NCBI GenBank assembly: GCA_023261845.1
Contig: JALNJZ010000006.1
Span: 37,661-101,660 of the forward strand
Reading direction: 5' to 3'
Source of the DNA: Candidatus Terraquivivens tengchongensis
GTDB taxonomy: Archaea > Thermoproteota > Nitrososphaeria_A > Caldarchaeales > Wolframiiraptoraceae
DNA length: 64,000 nucleotides
The notes beneath the pieces are model-generated. The model saw only the letters and a list, made by a program, of their open reading frames with translations. It was not told the origin of the DNA and did no database searches. Each line of letters starts with the position of its first letter. Position 1 is the first letter of the stretch. Made by a program: the position numbers and the translations under genes. Below are positions 9,222 through 19,420 of the stretch, in pieces.

Positions 9222-12180
9222 GAGGTTTGTAGAAGAGAAGTTGCCATTAACTCTTTTGAATAAGCTTAGTGCTAAAGAGTCGGGTTTTATTCGGATTCCA
9301 AAAATTCATAATATCCATACGTGGTTTGCTAGGAGGCCAGCTGGCGCTGCTCGTGCATTGACTTTAGCGGCTGTATTGCCGAAACATGTTGAGGAGAATA
9401 TTTACAATAAGATTTCGTCTCTGGTAGATGCTGAAAGATTAGATAAAGTAATTTATATTGTTAACCCAGACAGGGATACTATTAATAGTAAATTGAAAAG
9501 TTTCATCGGTAAAAGCGCAAAGGATGTTGTTGTTTGTGATCCTATGGCTGGTGGTGGCAGTATTCCTCTTGAGGCTTTGAGGCTTGGTTTTAGGACTATT
9601 GCGGTTGAGTATAATCCTGTTGCCTATCTGGTTTTGAGGGCTTCTGTGGAGTTTCCAGCCAAATATGCTGATTCGGGGCTTTTTGAAGAAACATTGAAGG
9701 CTTCTAAAGAGTTTGTTAGTAGGGCTAGAGAAGAGCTTGGCAAGTATTATGGTGAGGATGCTGAGAACTACATTTTTGCTCGTGGTGTGAGGTGTCCATT
9801 CTGTGGCGGGCTTATTCCAATTCAGGGGATTGAACCGGCGATAACTAAGGCGCCGAGGTTCAAGAAAAGGTTCTTGAAAATAACTTATGACAAGGAGAAG
9901 AAGACTTTCTCTGCTGAAACAACAGATAAAGCCATAGCATCTGGAACCATTGCTAAACGTGGAAACAATATTAAATGTCCTTACGATGGCTGTGGAAAAT
10001 GGTTCCAACTACGTGGGCAAGCGAAAGGAGAAACAACAGCCTTTGACCAATGGTTTTACGAACATGCAAAAATGATGGAAAGCATCGTTGAGGGTTTCGC
10101 TCCAATTACTGGCGAGCTTGAAGAGAAAATGCTTAACCTACACATTTCACTGGTAAAGCAGGTTGGCAACAGTTTTCAAGCAATATGGGACGAAAGAATA
10201 GAAAAAGGAAAGTTTGTGGATGCTTTGCATGCTCTTAGCAATGAGCTTTTAGAACTTCAAAACTACATCCCTCTGGACGAGATTTCGGCGGATAACGTTT
10301 GGGCTAGCACTGCGGTAAGCAAGGGATTGACGAAGTGGTATATGCTCTACAACCCAAGACAACTACTGGCCATAGCGAAACTATCAAAAATTGTGGCTGA
10401 AACCGCCGAGAAACTAACTTCAAAAGATGGAGAGTTTGGAGCAGCAGTAGCCACATACATTGCATTGGCGTTAGACAAGATAATAGACTACAACACTATA
10501 GCCACCCATTGGCAAGGAACAGGCTTTAAAACTGGTATTGCACACACTTTGCGGGGTGAGAGCACCCTTGACTTCAGAAAAGAATACTGCGAAATAAAAC
10601 GTGTAGACGAAGCATTGATGTGGACTTTGGAACCTGATGTCGCTGAATCAGACGTTCTAACAAAAACAACTGGTGGGGTTCTCCCAGTATTAAAATTCCT
10701 CTGCGATGAGTTTAGAAGCGCAGATGCTAAAGAAAAGGTAAACGTCTATTTGGGTGATGCCACTCAGCTTTCTTCCATTTTAGGCATAAAATCTATTGAC
10801 CTTATTAATGTTGATCCACCCTACTTCGAGCAGGTAATATATAGCGACAGAAGCGAGTTCTTCTGGGTTATACTCCGCAGATCCCTAGCTCCAGCCCTAG
10901 AACTCTTATTCAAACCAAACCTCAAACTCTCCAATTGGACATGGACAAGCCCCACAGTGCCAAGAGAAAGAGAAGTTGTAACCTACGACAAAGAAGACAC
11001 GCAGGGAAGATTCCGCAAATTCTTCACCGACTTCATAACAGAAACCTCAAAAGTCCTAAAAGACGACGGAGTCCTAACCCTCTGGTTCACGCATCCCACA
11101 GCACTAGCATGGCGGGTTGTCAGCGAATCCCTATACCAAAACGGCTACGTAGTCCCAAAAGTCTGGCCCCTACAAACAGAAATGAAAACCCGCTACAAAA
11201 AACACGTAAACATAGTAGCTCAAGAAATGAGCCTAGTAATAGTAGGCCGCAAATACCCACGCCAAAAACTACTGGAAGTGTCGCCCCAAGACGTTAAGGG
11301 AAGCCTTATGGAAAACCCCCTATTCACAAAGACAGTTGAAGAAACAGTAGAAGACACAAGAAAAATAATCATGGAAGCAAACGCCTCCCCAGCCGACACA
11401 GCCGCCCTAATGTTCGGAACAGCCCTCAGCGTAGCCTCCCGCTTCGAACTACCAATAGGCGCAACCTTCACAGACCTATACGACACAGCCATAACCGCCG
11501 TAATATCAAGATACACAGAACCCCTAATCTACAAGGTGCTAACCCAAATAGGACCCCAAAAACTAGACGAAAATACAGCCCAAAAAATAGCCAAAAATAT
11601 AGCCCAAGCCATGCTATGGGACCCAGCAACCCGCTCATACCTGACGTTATGGCTAATATCCCGCGTAGACCTCGCCACAGCAAAAATACGCCAAGAACCC
11701 TTAGGCTTGCATTTTGACCTCGTCCAAACAGTAGGCAAACTATGCGGCTTCGGCATAGAAAACCTAAAACACTACAGCCTCATAACAGAAAAAACCATAA
11801 ACAAAACAGGAAAAGCCTACTACCCCCAATTCCTAGAAATGCTAACCCTACCAGGCGGACAAACCTACCCAGACAGACTAATGCAGGTAGCCCCAGGATT
11901 GGCGACAATCCTAGCCCGCATGGCCATGACAGAAAGCGGAGACCCAGCAGCCAGAGCAAAAACCATAAAGGCGAAAATGAGCATGCACAGCGACAGAGAA
12001 CTCTCAAGCTGCGCCGCCCTAGCCACAATCCTACTAGAAACCGCACGCGACCAAGACTTAGGCTATAGAATAACAGACAAAACAAAAATAACAGGATACT
12101 TCCCAGGCATGGACGAAAGCGAAATAGCAAAACTCGTAAGAGAATTAGCTATAAAAACCCTAACACACTTAGTCTTTTAA
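9211..12180 (+). CDS. DUF1156 adenine-specific DNA methyltransferase with Zn-ribbon insertion
   Basis: IHTWFARRP (DUF1156 signature), DPMAGGGSIPLEA (motif I), CPFC...CPYDGC and DPPY (motif IV). Confidence 0.9.
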   Translation: MSFERFVEEKLPLTLLNKLSAKESGFIRIPKIHNIHTWFARRPAGAARALTLAAVLPKHVEENIYNKISSLVDAERLDKVIYIVNPDRDTINSKLKSFIGKSAKDVVVCDPMAGGGSIPLEALRLGFRTIAVEYNPVAYLVLRASVEFPAKYADSGLFEETLKASKEFVSRAREELGKYYGEDAENYIFARGVRCPFCGGLIPIQGIEPAITKAPRFKKRFLKITYDKEKKTFSAETTDKAIASGTIAKRGNNIKCPYDGCGKWFQLRGQAKGETTAFDQWFYEHAKMMESIVEGFAPITGELEEKMLNLHISLVKQVGNSFQAIWDERIEKGKFVDALHALSNELLELQNYIPLDEISADNVWASTAVSKGLTKWYMLYNPRQLLAIAKLSKIVAETAEKLTSKDGEFGAAVATYIALALDKIIDYNTIATHWQGTGFKTGIAHTLRGESTLDFRKEYCEIKRVDEALMWTLEPDVAESDVLTKTTGGVLPVLKFLCDEFRSADAKEKVNVYLGDATQLSSILGIKSIDLINVDPPYFEQVIYSDRSEFFWVILRRSLAPALELLFKPNLKLSNWTWTSPTVPREREVVTYDKEDTQGRFRKFFTDFITETSKVLKDDGVLTLWFTHPTALAWRVVSESLYQNGYVVPKVWPLQTEMKTRYKKHVNIVAQEMSLVIVGRKYPRQKLLEVSPQDVKGSLMENPLFTKTVEETVEDTRKIIMEANASPADTAALMFGTALSVASRFELPIGATFTDLYDTAITAVISRYTEPLIYKVLTQIGPQKLDENTAQKIAKNIAQAMLWDPATRSYLTLWLISRVDLATAKIRQEPLGLHFDLVQTVGKLCGFGIENLKHYSLITEKTINKTGKAYYPQFLEMLTLPGGQTYPDRLMQVAPGLATILARMAMTESGDPAARAKTIKAKMSMHSDRELSSCAALATILLETARDQDLGYRITDKTKITGYFPGMDESEIAKLVRELAIKTLTHLVF

Positions 12181-12199
12181 ATAGAAAGAGGCAGTAGCC

Positions 12200-15100
12200 T
12201 TGAAAACCATAGGCCAAATTTTCCAACTGAAAGAATCCCTTCTAGAAATAAAGTCAGAACTAACACCAAGCTTCGACGAAGTAATAAGAAGCTACCTAGG
12301 CCAACATGTAAAAACAAAATTCAAAGACCCCGCCTACACAACAGAAATCACATACCCTACACCTCCACTCCAAACCTTCATCAAAAGAATCCTTGAAGGC
12401 CTAACAATACCAACAGTTCAAGGCACATACCTAATAAGAGGATTCGGCTTCGGAAAAACCCACGCCATAATACTCCTCTGGCACATGCTAAACTCAAAAG
12501 AAGGAGCAAACTCCCAACTAGCCAAACAATTCGGCCTAAAAGAAAACATAGCCCAAGAAACCCTAGCCCTAGGAATAGACTTCAGCAAAGAACAACCCTT
12601 CCCCCACCTATTCAACCAGCTAGAAGCCATAGCAAAAAGACAACCAGAACAATGGCAAATAAAAGACCCAAGGCTTTCCCAAGCCATAATAGAAGTAACC
12701 AGAGAAATAAGCAGAACCAAAGCCCTAGCCCTACCCTCAGAAGAACTCGCAAACCTAATAATCAAAATACTAGAAAAATATAGGGAAGCGAAAGCTAATC
12801 CGAGGCTTCTACTCCTAATAGATGAACTTGGAATAGGAATAATCAGCAGACTTACAAGCTACATAGAAACCCAAAACGAGGAAAAATACGGCGAAATCGA
12901 ATACATAACCAACTTCATAGAACAACTCTACACAAAACTAAGCGGAAAAGGCATACCAGCCTACATCATAGTCGCCCTCGCAGAACAAGACATCAGAGAA
13001 ATAGACCACATATACCTCCAACAAGCAGACAAACCCATAATCCAAACAAAAATAGACGGCCTAAGAAAACGCCTCAACATCCTAAAAGAACGACTAAGCA
13101 GAGCAGTCGGGGGCCTAGGCGAAGAAGCTGCACTATCCTATGACCCAGAACACGCCATAAACATAGCAAAACACAGAGTCTTCAAAAAAATCGAAGAGGA
13201 AAAAGACATAGAAAAAACCCTAATAGCATACCTAACTCTACAAGCCCAACAATACAACCTCCAAGAAACCTTCGAAACCTACAAAGAACAAATCAAAAAC
13301 TACTATCCGCTTTCCCCAAGCATGATTTGGCTGTTCCGGAAAATCCTAAACCCCTACGACGCTCCTGGAACAGAATACGTAAGAACAACCCTAAACATAC
13401 TCGCAGAAGCCGCCGAAAACGCCCTAACATACGAGCCCCACAAGTCGCTAACCGTAAGCGCAAAACACCTCTCCATAGGACGGGCAGGCGTAATCGACCT
13501 CATGGGAGACTTCGAAGCAGAATGGGCCAGCACAGCCTCAGACATAGAACACGCCATAAAATCAGCAAATCCAGAAATACAAAAAGCCGTAGACATAGTC
13601 GCCAAACAAATACTTGCAAAAGGCACAACAGCCAACGTTACAGCCCTCATAGAAGTAAGAGACATAAAAGAAATCAAAAGATACGCCGTTTCACCAGAAG
13701 AAATGCAAATAGACATACTAACCACGCTACCCTCAGAAGAAGCAACCAAAACCATAACACAACTCCAAGAGGCCATAGAATACCTAAAAACACAAAGCGC
13801 AAGAATCGAAGAAAAAGAACATGAAAAACAAAAATTCTATCTGCCATCCCCAATGAGAACAATCTACGACAAACTTGCAGCCTTTGTAGCAGAACACAAA
13901 AGGATACTTGAAGAACCAACCCAATTACCAGGATACCTACAACAAGCAAACCTGCCTAGCCTCCTATACAGCCCAAAAGCAGCAATACCATCAAGAGAAA
14001 AAGAAGTCACAATACTTCTAAAGGAATACAACACTGTCACAAATGCTGAAGAACTCATAAACAGTGTGGACGTAAGAGATGCTCAAAACGAAGGAAACCT
14101 CTCCATAATAGTTGTCCCACCATGGGACGCCTTTCTCTTCAACGAACTCTACCAAAGAAAAACAGACTACCATACCCTCACAAACACAATAGCCCAAAAA
14201 CTCCAAAGCATAAATCTGGCAGGAAAAATCAGCCACCCCTTACACCTATTAGTCCTCATACCAAACATAAACCAAGACAAACTGACACGACTAATAGACG
14301 ACGTAATATCATACGCAGCCGTAAAAGACTTCATCAAACACCTCGAAAACAAAGAAAAAATCCTAGAAGAAAAAATGTATGACTACGAAAGAACCGTCAA
14401 AAAGAGACTCACACTAAGGCTAACAGAGTTCTTAGAAGAACAACGCAAAAAACTCGAGATAAGCCTTAAAAGCTCCATAGAACGACAAGTAAGAGACGCC
14501 AGATCATCCGCCCAAAAAGAACTCATAAAACTAACACGAAAAATAGCCACAAGTGCAATAGAACTCTACGAAGACGTAATCTATTACAGCCTACAATCCC
14601 AAAACTTCACAGCTCAAAGCCTAATCAAACTCTTCGGTGAACTATCCGGAGAAGCCTCAAAACTAGAACAAAGCGGAAAATCCTCCCTGTCAGAATACTC
14701 TCTAATCGTAAACATGTTCTTCAGAAGAGTAACAGAATCCACAGGATTCTCATGGGAGCCAGACACCATAGCAGAAGCCATATACAAACACTACAAGGCA
14801 GAAATTGAAAGTGGAGTAATCCGAAAACAAGACAGGATAAACGAAATAGTTGAAAACTCACTTCTCGGCACATACGAAGTAAAACCACTAAGCTCTAAAG
14901 TAGTTCAAGAAGCCATCCAAAAACTAAACGGCAAAACAATAGAAGCTGAAAACAAAAAAGTAACATTAAAAGTCGACGAAAAAACCAACCGGATAATCTT
15001 TAAAATAGAGGAAATAAAGCCGCCAGAAATAATAACAGAAGAAAAACCCACCGAAATACCACCAGAAGAAATACCCGTTCCAACAGAAGACCGCCCCGCA

Positions 15101-15463
15101 ATTGCTGAAAAAACCCTTGGAGAAGTCATAATCGAAGTAGACCAAAACTTCAATTATGAAGATTTCAAACAAAAATTAGACTCACTTTATCAAACCTATG
15201 GAACACTAATAAGCTCCATAAAAATCGGGACAAGCGGAAACTTCATCAGAGTAACTTTTGACTTCCTAGGTTCAAAACACTCAACCACCACAATTATTAG
15301 CGCAGCAAGATTCCTCAGACAAATCTCAAACATGTATAAGGCCACCCCGCAACTTGAAATCAAGTTCACAAGCCCACTTCCAGAAGAGAAGCTCCAAGAA
15401 ATACTCGGCTCATTCTTCACTAAAAAAGTGAGAAGAAGCTGGGATCGACTTCTACCGAGTTAA
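12200..15463 (+). CDS. DUF499/BrxC(PglY)-like AAA+ ATPase
   Basis: Walker A GFGFGKTH, Walker B LLLIDEL, YYPLSP (cf. YPFHP) and R(TT)L arginine segment. Long C-terminal region with a Pro/Glu linker. Confidence 0.75.
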   Translation: MKTIGQIFQLKESLLEIKSELTPSFDEVIRSYLGQHVKTKFKDPAYTTEITYPTPPLQTFIKRILEGLTIPTVQGTYLIRGFGFGKTHAIILLWHMLNSKEGANSQLAKQFGLKENIAQETLALGIDFSKEQPFPHLFNQLEAIAKRQPEQWQIKDPRLSQAIIEVTREISRTKALALPSEELANLIIKILEKYREAKANPRLLLLIDELGIGIISRLTSYIETQNEEKYGEIEYITNFIEQLYTKLSGKGIPAYIIVALAEQDIREIDHIYLQQADKPIIQTKIDGLRKRLNILKERLSRAVGGLGEEAALSYDPEHAINIAKHRVFKKIEEEKDIEKTLIAYLTLQAQQYNLQETFETYKEQIKNYYPLSPSMIWLFRKILNPYDAPGTEYVRTTLNILAEAAENALTYEPHKSLTVSAKHLSIGRAGVIDLMGDFEAEWASTASDIEHAIKSANPEIQKAVDIVAKQILAKGTTANVTALIEVRDIKEIKRYAVSPEEMQIDILTTLPSEEATKTITQLQEAIEYLKTQSARIEEKEHEKQKFYLPSPMRTIYDKLAAFVAEHKRILEEPTQLPGYLQQANLPSLLYSPKAAIPSREKEVTILLKEYNTVTNAEELINSVDVRDAQNEGNLSIIVVPPWDAFLFNELYQRKTDYHTLTNTIAQKLQSINLAGKISHPLHLLVLIPNINQDKLTRLIDDVISYAAVKDFIKHLENKEKILEEKMYDYERTVKKRLTLRLTEFLEEQRKKLEISLKSSIERQVRDARSSAQKELIKLTRKIATSAIELYEDVIYYSLQSQNFTAQSLIKLFGELSGEASKLEQSGKSSLSEYSLIVNMFFRRVTESTGFSWEPDTIAEAIYKHYKAEIESGVIRKQDRINEIVENSLLGTYEVKPLSSKVVQEAIQKLNGKTIEAENKKVTLKVDEKTNRIIFKIEEIKPPEIITEEKPTEIPPEEIPVPTEDRPAIAEKTLGEVIIEVDQNFNYEDFKQKLDSLYQTYGTLISSIKIGTSGNFIRVTFDFLGSKHSTTTIISAARFLRQISNMYKATPQLEIKFTSPLPEEKLQEILGSFFTKKVRRSWDRLLPS

Positions 15464-15475
15464 AAGGGAAGATCC

Positions 15476-16891
15476 TTGACAGAATTAGAAGAAAAAATCC
15501 AAAAAACATTCGGAGAAGTAGCCGTCAACAAAGGATTAGCCCTACGCCACGAAGTTGCAAGACTACCACGCTTCATATCCGAATACCTAATATCCAAATA
15601 CTGCGCCGCATACCCAGACTGCGAAACAGCCTTCAGCAAACTCGCCGAAGTAGTAGCAGAAAACTTCCCAGAACCCAAAGACAAAGACCGAGTATTCTAC
15701 AAGCTAAAACGTCTAGGCATAGTCCAATTAATGGACGAGTTCAAAGTAAGCATTGACCTAAAAAGAAACCTATACCTCTTACACATACCATGCCTACAAA
15801 TTTACGACGCACTGGCTGACGAAGGAATAGTCAGAAAATTTGAAAGAACACTATCCGGAATGTGGGGCCTAGGAACACTAGAATATCGTCCAGACTTACC
15901 CGAAAACATGGACGAAACCCTCTCACCAATCCTGCTAATAGACATAGAACCCTTCCAAGTCTATAACATTGATGTTAAGGGCTTTATCGAGAACCGCCAA
16001 AAATTCACATTGGACGAGTGGATAGATCTAATAATAACAACAATTGGGCTAAACCCCAACGCCTATTCTCCCAGACAGAAACTTTTGCAGCTAGCAAGAC
16101 TAATCCCCCTCATAGAAGCAAACGTCAATCTTATGGAGTTAGGACCAAGAGCCACAGGAAAAACATATCTTTACAGGAATCTATCCCACTACACTCGCAT
16201 ATACTCTGGAGGTGCAATAAGTCCAGCTCGACTCTTCTTTGACGCCAGATTACGATTGGTTGGAGATATAGCAACACATGACCTTGTTGCATTTGATGAA
16301 GTAAGCAGAATCAGATTCACAAACCCAGATGAAATGGCTGGAAAACTAAAAGATTTTATGGTTGATGGTTTCTTTGAACGTGGCACCCTAAAAAGAGCCC
16401 ATAGCGGTTGTTCTATAGTATTTCTCGGAAACATCGAAAAAGAAGAAGGCATACCAATTAAAGAAATAAGATACGCTCTGCCCGATATTATGCAAGATTC
16501 AGCGTTTCTGGACAGAATACACGGTCTCCTACCAGGCTGGGAAATGCCTAAAATAATGAAAAGTGAAGAACACTTGGCCCAAGGAATAGGGTTAGCGGCA
16601 GACTATTTCGCGGAGATAATTCATGAACTGAGAAAAGAAAGCTTTAGAGATGTAATAAACGCCCATGTAGAGTTTGGAAGCAGCTTCACAATAAGGGATG
16701 AAAATGCTGTCCGAAAATTAGCTTCAGGACTAGTTAAACTACTATTCCCAAATCGAGAATTCAATAACAATGAACTAAGACAAGTGCTCAATTTAGCAGT
16801 AGAAATGAGACAGTACATTGTAGACGAATTAAGTGAGATGTCACCCGTTGAATTTCCGCGCAAACGTCTAGAGGTAAAAGTGAAAGGATAA
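15476..16891 (+). CDS. brxL: BrxL-family AAA+ protein lacking the Lon protease domain
   Basis: PRFISEYL, ELGPRATGKT, FDEV and DSAFLDRIH..LPGWE.PKI motifs. Ends at 471 aa, before where a Lon domain would begin. Confidence 0.85.
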   Translation: MTELEEKIQKTFGEVAVNKGLALRHEVARLPRFISEYLISKYCAAYPDCETAFSKLAEVVAENFPEPKDKDRVFYKLKRLGIVQLMDEFKVSIDLKRNLYLLHIPCLQIYDALADEGIVRKFERTLSGMWGLGTLEYRPDLPENMDETLSPILLIDIEPFQVYNIDVKGFIENRQKFTLDEWIDLIITTIGLNPNAYSPRQKLLQLARLIPLIEANVNLMELGPRATGKTYLYRNLSHYTRIYSGGAISPARLFFDARLRLVGDIATHDLVAFDEVSRIRFTNPDEMAGKLKDFMVDGFFERGTLKRAHSGCSIVFLGNIEKEEGIPIKEIRYALPDIMQDSAFLDRIHGLLPGWEMPKIMKSEEHLAQGIGLAADYFAEIIHELRKESFRDVINAHVEFGSSFTIRDENAVRKLASGLVKLLFPNREFNNNELRQVLNLAVEMRQYIVDELSEMSPVEFPRKRLEVKVKG

Positions 16892-16893
16892 GA

Positions 16894-17712
16894 ATGATGG
16901 TTAATTTTACAAGCGAACTTGAAGCTATAGTTAAAACGGCATCAACCCTCAGCAACATGCCCGTAGAAGTATTCCACAGAATAATATTTTGCTCTTTCAT
17001 AAAAGCTGGTCTATCAATTTACGGAGCCCAAAAAGAACAAGAAATAGAATTAGAAAACCTAATTAAAACCGTTGCTGCGCCATACCGTGGACTAGTGAAT
17101 GGAAAATTATATTTGAGCGCCCTCCGCTTTGTAAAAACTTTTAACACTCTTTTAAAAAACAGCAAACGTGCAACTATACTTAAAGAGGCAGATCTTCAAT
17201 ATATCCTAAAATTTCTTGAAAATAAGATTGGTAAAGTTGACACCGTGTTTGTTCTCGACTGCGCATCAATCCCAGAAATCATAGCAATAGCAAGTAAATT
17301 TTCTGCTTCAAGGCGTAATACAACATTCTATGAAGAAGTTTTCATAAATCCCGTTGGCATTACGCGTTTTCTAACCGGGCAGCTTGAATCATTCAATCGC
17401 GAAAGCTACCTAGTGCAGTATGCAAAACTGTTAAAGGAAAGACTAAACGCCAACTTCTTTACAAAAATCTCAAAGGTAGATCTTATAACACATCAGCACG
17501 GTTACACGTTAGATGGCTTTCTAAAATCCATCGAAATGCAGAAATTATTTGACCACATAAGCCATTTCGCAAAACAAAGCTCCGTGCTTATCACGTCAGA
17601 CCACGGATATGACGTAGTCGCAGATGAGCATGGACTTTATATAACACATGGTTATAAAAAGGAATGCCCACTAAATTTCAGCAGAATAGCCCTATTCCTC
17701 GTAATCGACTGA
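16894..17712 (+). CDS. Minimal PglZ-like alkaline-phosphatase-superfamily protein
   Basis: FVLDC (cf. lviD.l), D...H and LITSDHGY PglZ metal-binding motifs. Only 272 aa. Confidence 0.7.
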   Translation: MMVNFTSELEAIVKTASTLSNMPVEVFHRIIFCSFIKAGLSIYGAQKEQEIELENLIKTVAAPYRGLVNGKLYLSALRFVKTFNTLLKNSKRATILKEADLQYILKFLENKIGKVDTVFVLDCASIPEIIAIASKFSASRRNTTFYEEVFINPVGITRFLTGQLESFNRESYLVQYAKLLKERLNANFFTKISKVDLITHQHGYTLDGFLKSIEMQKLFDHISHFAKQSSVLITSDHGYDVVADEHGLYITHGYKKECPLNFSRIALFLVID

Positions 17713-17723
17713 GGGGACCAAAA

Positions 17724-18236
17724 ATGGAACACAGCTACTACCTAATCTTCAAGACCAAAAAGAAAGGAAGCGAAATATCCTTCAACGTCGGGACCAAAGA
17801 AAAAACCACAACATTACTCAAATTCAGGGGACGCCGTACCGAAGAAATATTTAACAAAATTCTCAAGGCTCTAAGCAAAGTAGGATGCATAACACCCCTT
17901 CAAACGGGCAATCCTAGCGTATATTACGTAAGAGATGATGTAGGTCCAGTTTTAGGCACTTATCTCATTCTTATTCGGCGTGCACAAAAAATCGATTATT
18001 GGATAACCTTTTTAGATGAATTACTAACAGGTAAATATGCGAGACTCGGGGAAACATTCTCAACATTACTTGAGTCATCTATAGAATTGTCAAAAGCAAC
18101 AATTTCAAAAAGCCAAAGGAAAGAATACACACTTTCACCTGTTATCGTTTCCTCTTTTTCATCGGCACTTAAAGTACTGGTCAAAAGGTTAAAATCATAC
18201 GAAACTGAGCCCCCCGCTAAAACGTTTCATCATTAA
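17724..18236 (+). CDS. Hypothetical protein, last gene of the defence operon
   Basis: ATG 17724 after a GAGGGG SD, 11 nt after the PglZ stop. Basic 170-aa protein with no family recognised. Confidence 0.65.
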   Translation: MEHSYYLIFKTKKKGSEISFNVGTKEKTTTLLKFRGRRTEEIFNKILKALSKVGCITPLQTGNPSVYYVRDDVGPVLGTYLILIRRAQKIDYWITFLDELLTGKYARLGETFSTLLESSIELSKATISKSQRKEYTLSPVIVSSFSSALKVLVKRLKSYETEPPAKTFHH

Positions 18237-18363
18237 ATCTATAGCGTGTAGCGACATTAAAGTAAAACAGAAATGTTCTGTTAGTTGCATCTAAGCGAAA
18301 GATAGATTCCGCGATGGGTTTAGTTGATTTTAAGGTTCTTGAGGAGAGGCTACCACTTTTGAC

Positions 18364-19420
18364 TTAAAAGTTGTAGTTTTTCGAGTGTTTTTGCTGGTTT
18401 AGGTTTGGAGAGAAGCCTAAATCTTGCTTGAAAATAAACTTGGATTTTTGGTTGTTTAAAAGAGGTGTTAAAATCCCCAATTTTGGTATACATGCCAAAT
18501 ATGTTTTTCTTAGTTCTTCTTTGTCTATGTGGTGGTATATGTCTATGGCTTCCCTGCGCCGGTCGCCTCTAAGCTCCTTCACGTATTCGCGGGGCATGTC
18601 GTTCCGTAAAAGCCAGGTTGTGAACCAGTGCCTGAAACAGTGGGGGCCGAAGTGGTCTTCTAGGCGGGGTGAGTTTGGGTTGTGGAAGCCAAGGCGCTTC
18701 GCGTATTTGACTATGGCTGTGTATAGGCCGTTTCTATCCAGCCTCCCAAGGCTTTGGTAACTTATGAAAAGCGCCTTTGTAGGCGGGTTCAGTTTCTCCC
18801 TAACCCTAAGCCACCTTTTAAGCGCGGCTGCGCATTCCTCATCAAAGAAAACCGTGCGGTTGCTTCTTTTAGGCGTGGGCTTAAGCGTAATGGAATACTC
18901 AGCCCAATTTATGTCCTCAACATCAAGCCTCAAAAGTTCGCCCCTTCTTATTCCAGTCTTCGCCAGTAGCACTGCTATGGCTTTGTCCCTTGGATCCAAA
19001 ATGGAGTTTACCAGTCGGCTCATCTCCTCAACGCTTAAAAGCCTCCGCTCAGGATCGTCATAGCCATCCTTATAGCGCTTAAGATACCGTTTTCTGAAGG
19101 GCAGAACAATGTTGCTGGTGATGTAGCCCTCAAAGGCCAAATAATCGTAAAAGGCTGAAAGCGCAGAAAAATAATTCTCAACAGTCTTATGCTTTGCGTT
19201 CATAAACCACGTGCTGGAGAAAGTCCCTAAGCACCTTAACATCCACGTCACTTATGCTGAAACCTCGGCTTTCAAGAAATTCCATAAATATCTTCAGGCT
19301 TGAAACGTATCTTCTTATGCTTTCCTCGGTCATGCCCCTAAGCCTACAGTCTCGGCTGAAACCCTCAACCAGAACCCATGAGTTTTGAAGCGTTTTCAAG
19401 CTTAACCCGTCCACCGCCAA
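18364..19420 (-). pseudogene. Tyrosine recombinase/integrase split by a frameshift near 19190
   Basis: The SAM-like N-terminal ORF (19187-19420) continues in another frame into the catalytic domain (TGIRRGEL, HCFRH, LRGD, IDIYHH). Confidence 0.8.

Noticed and set aside
9439-16863. Many antisense and alternate-frame ORFs within the island
   Set aside because: Shadow ORFs caused by the extreme A/C skew of the real genes. They are low-complexity and lack motifs.
19180-19200. Programmed frameshift in the integrase
   Set aside because: It needs a +1/-2 shift and there is no classical slippery heptamer. Loss of a 5-nt repeat unit or an assembly error is simpler.
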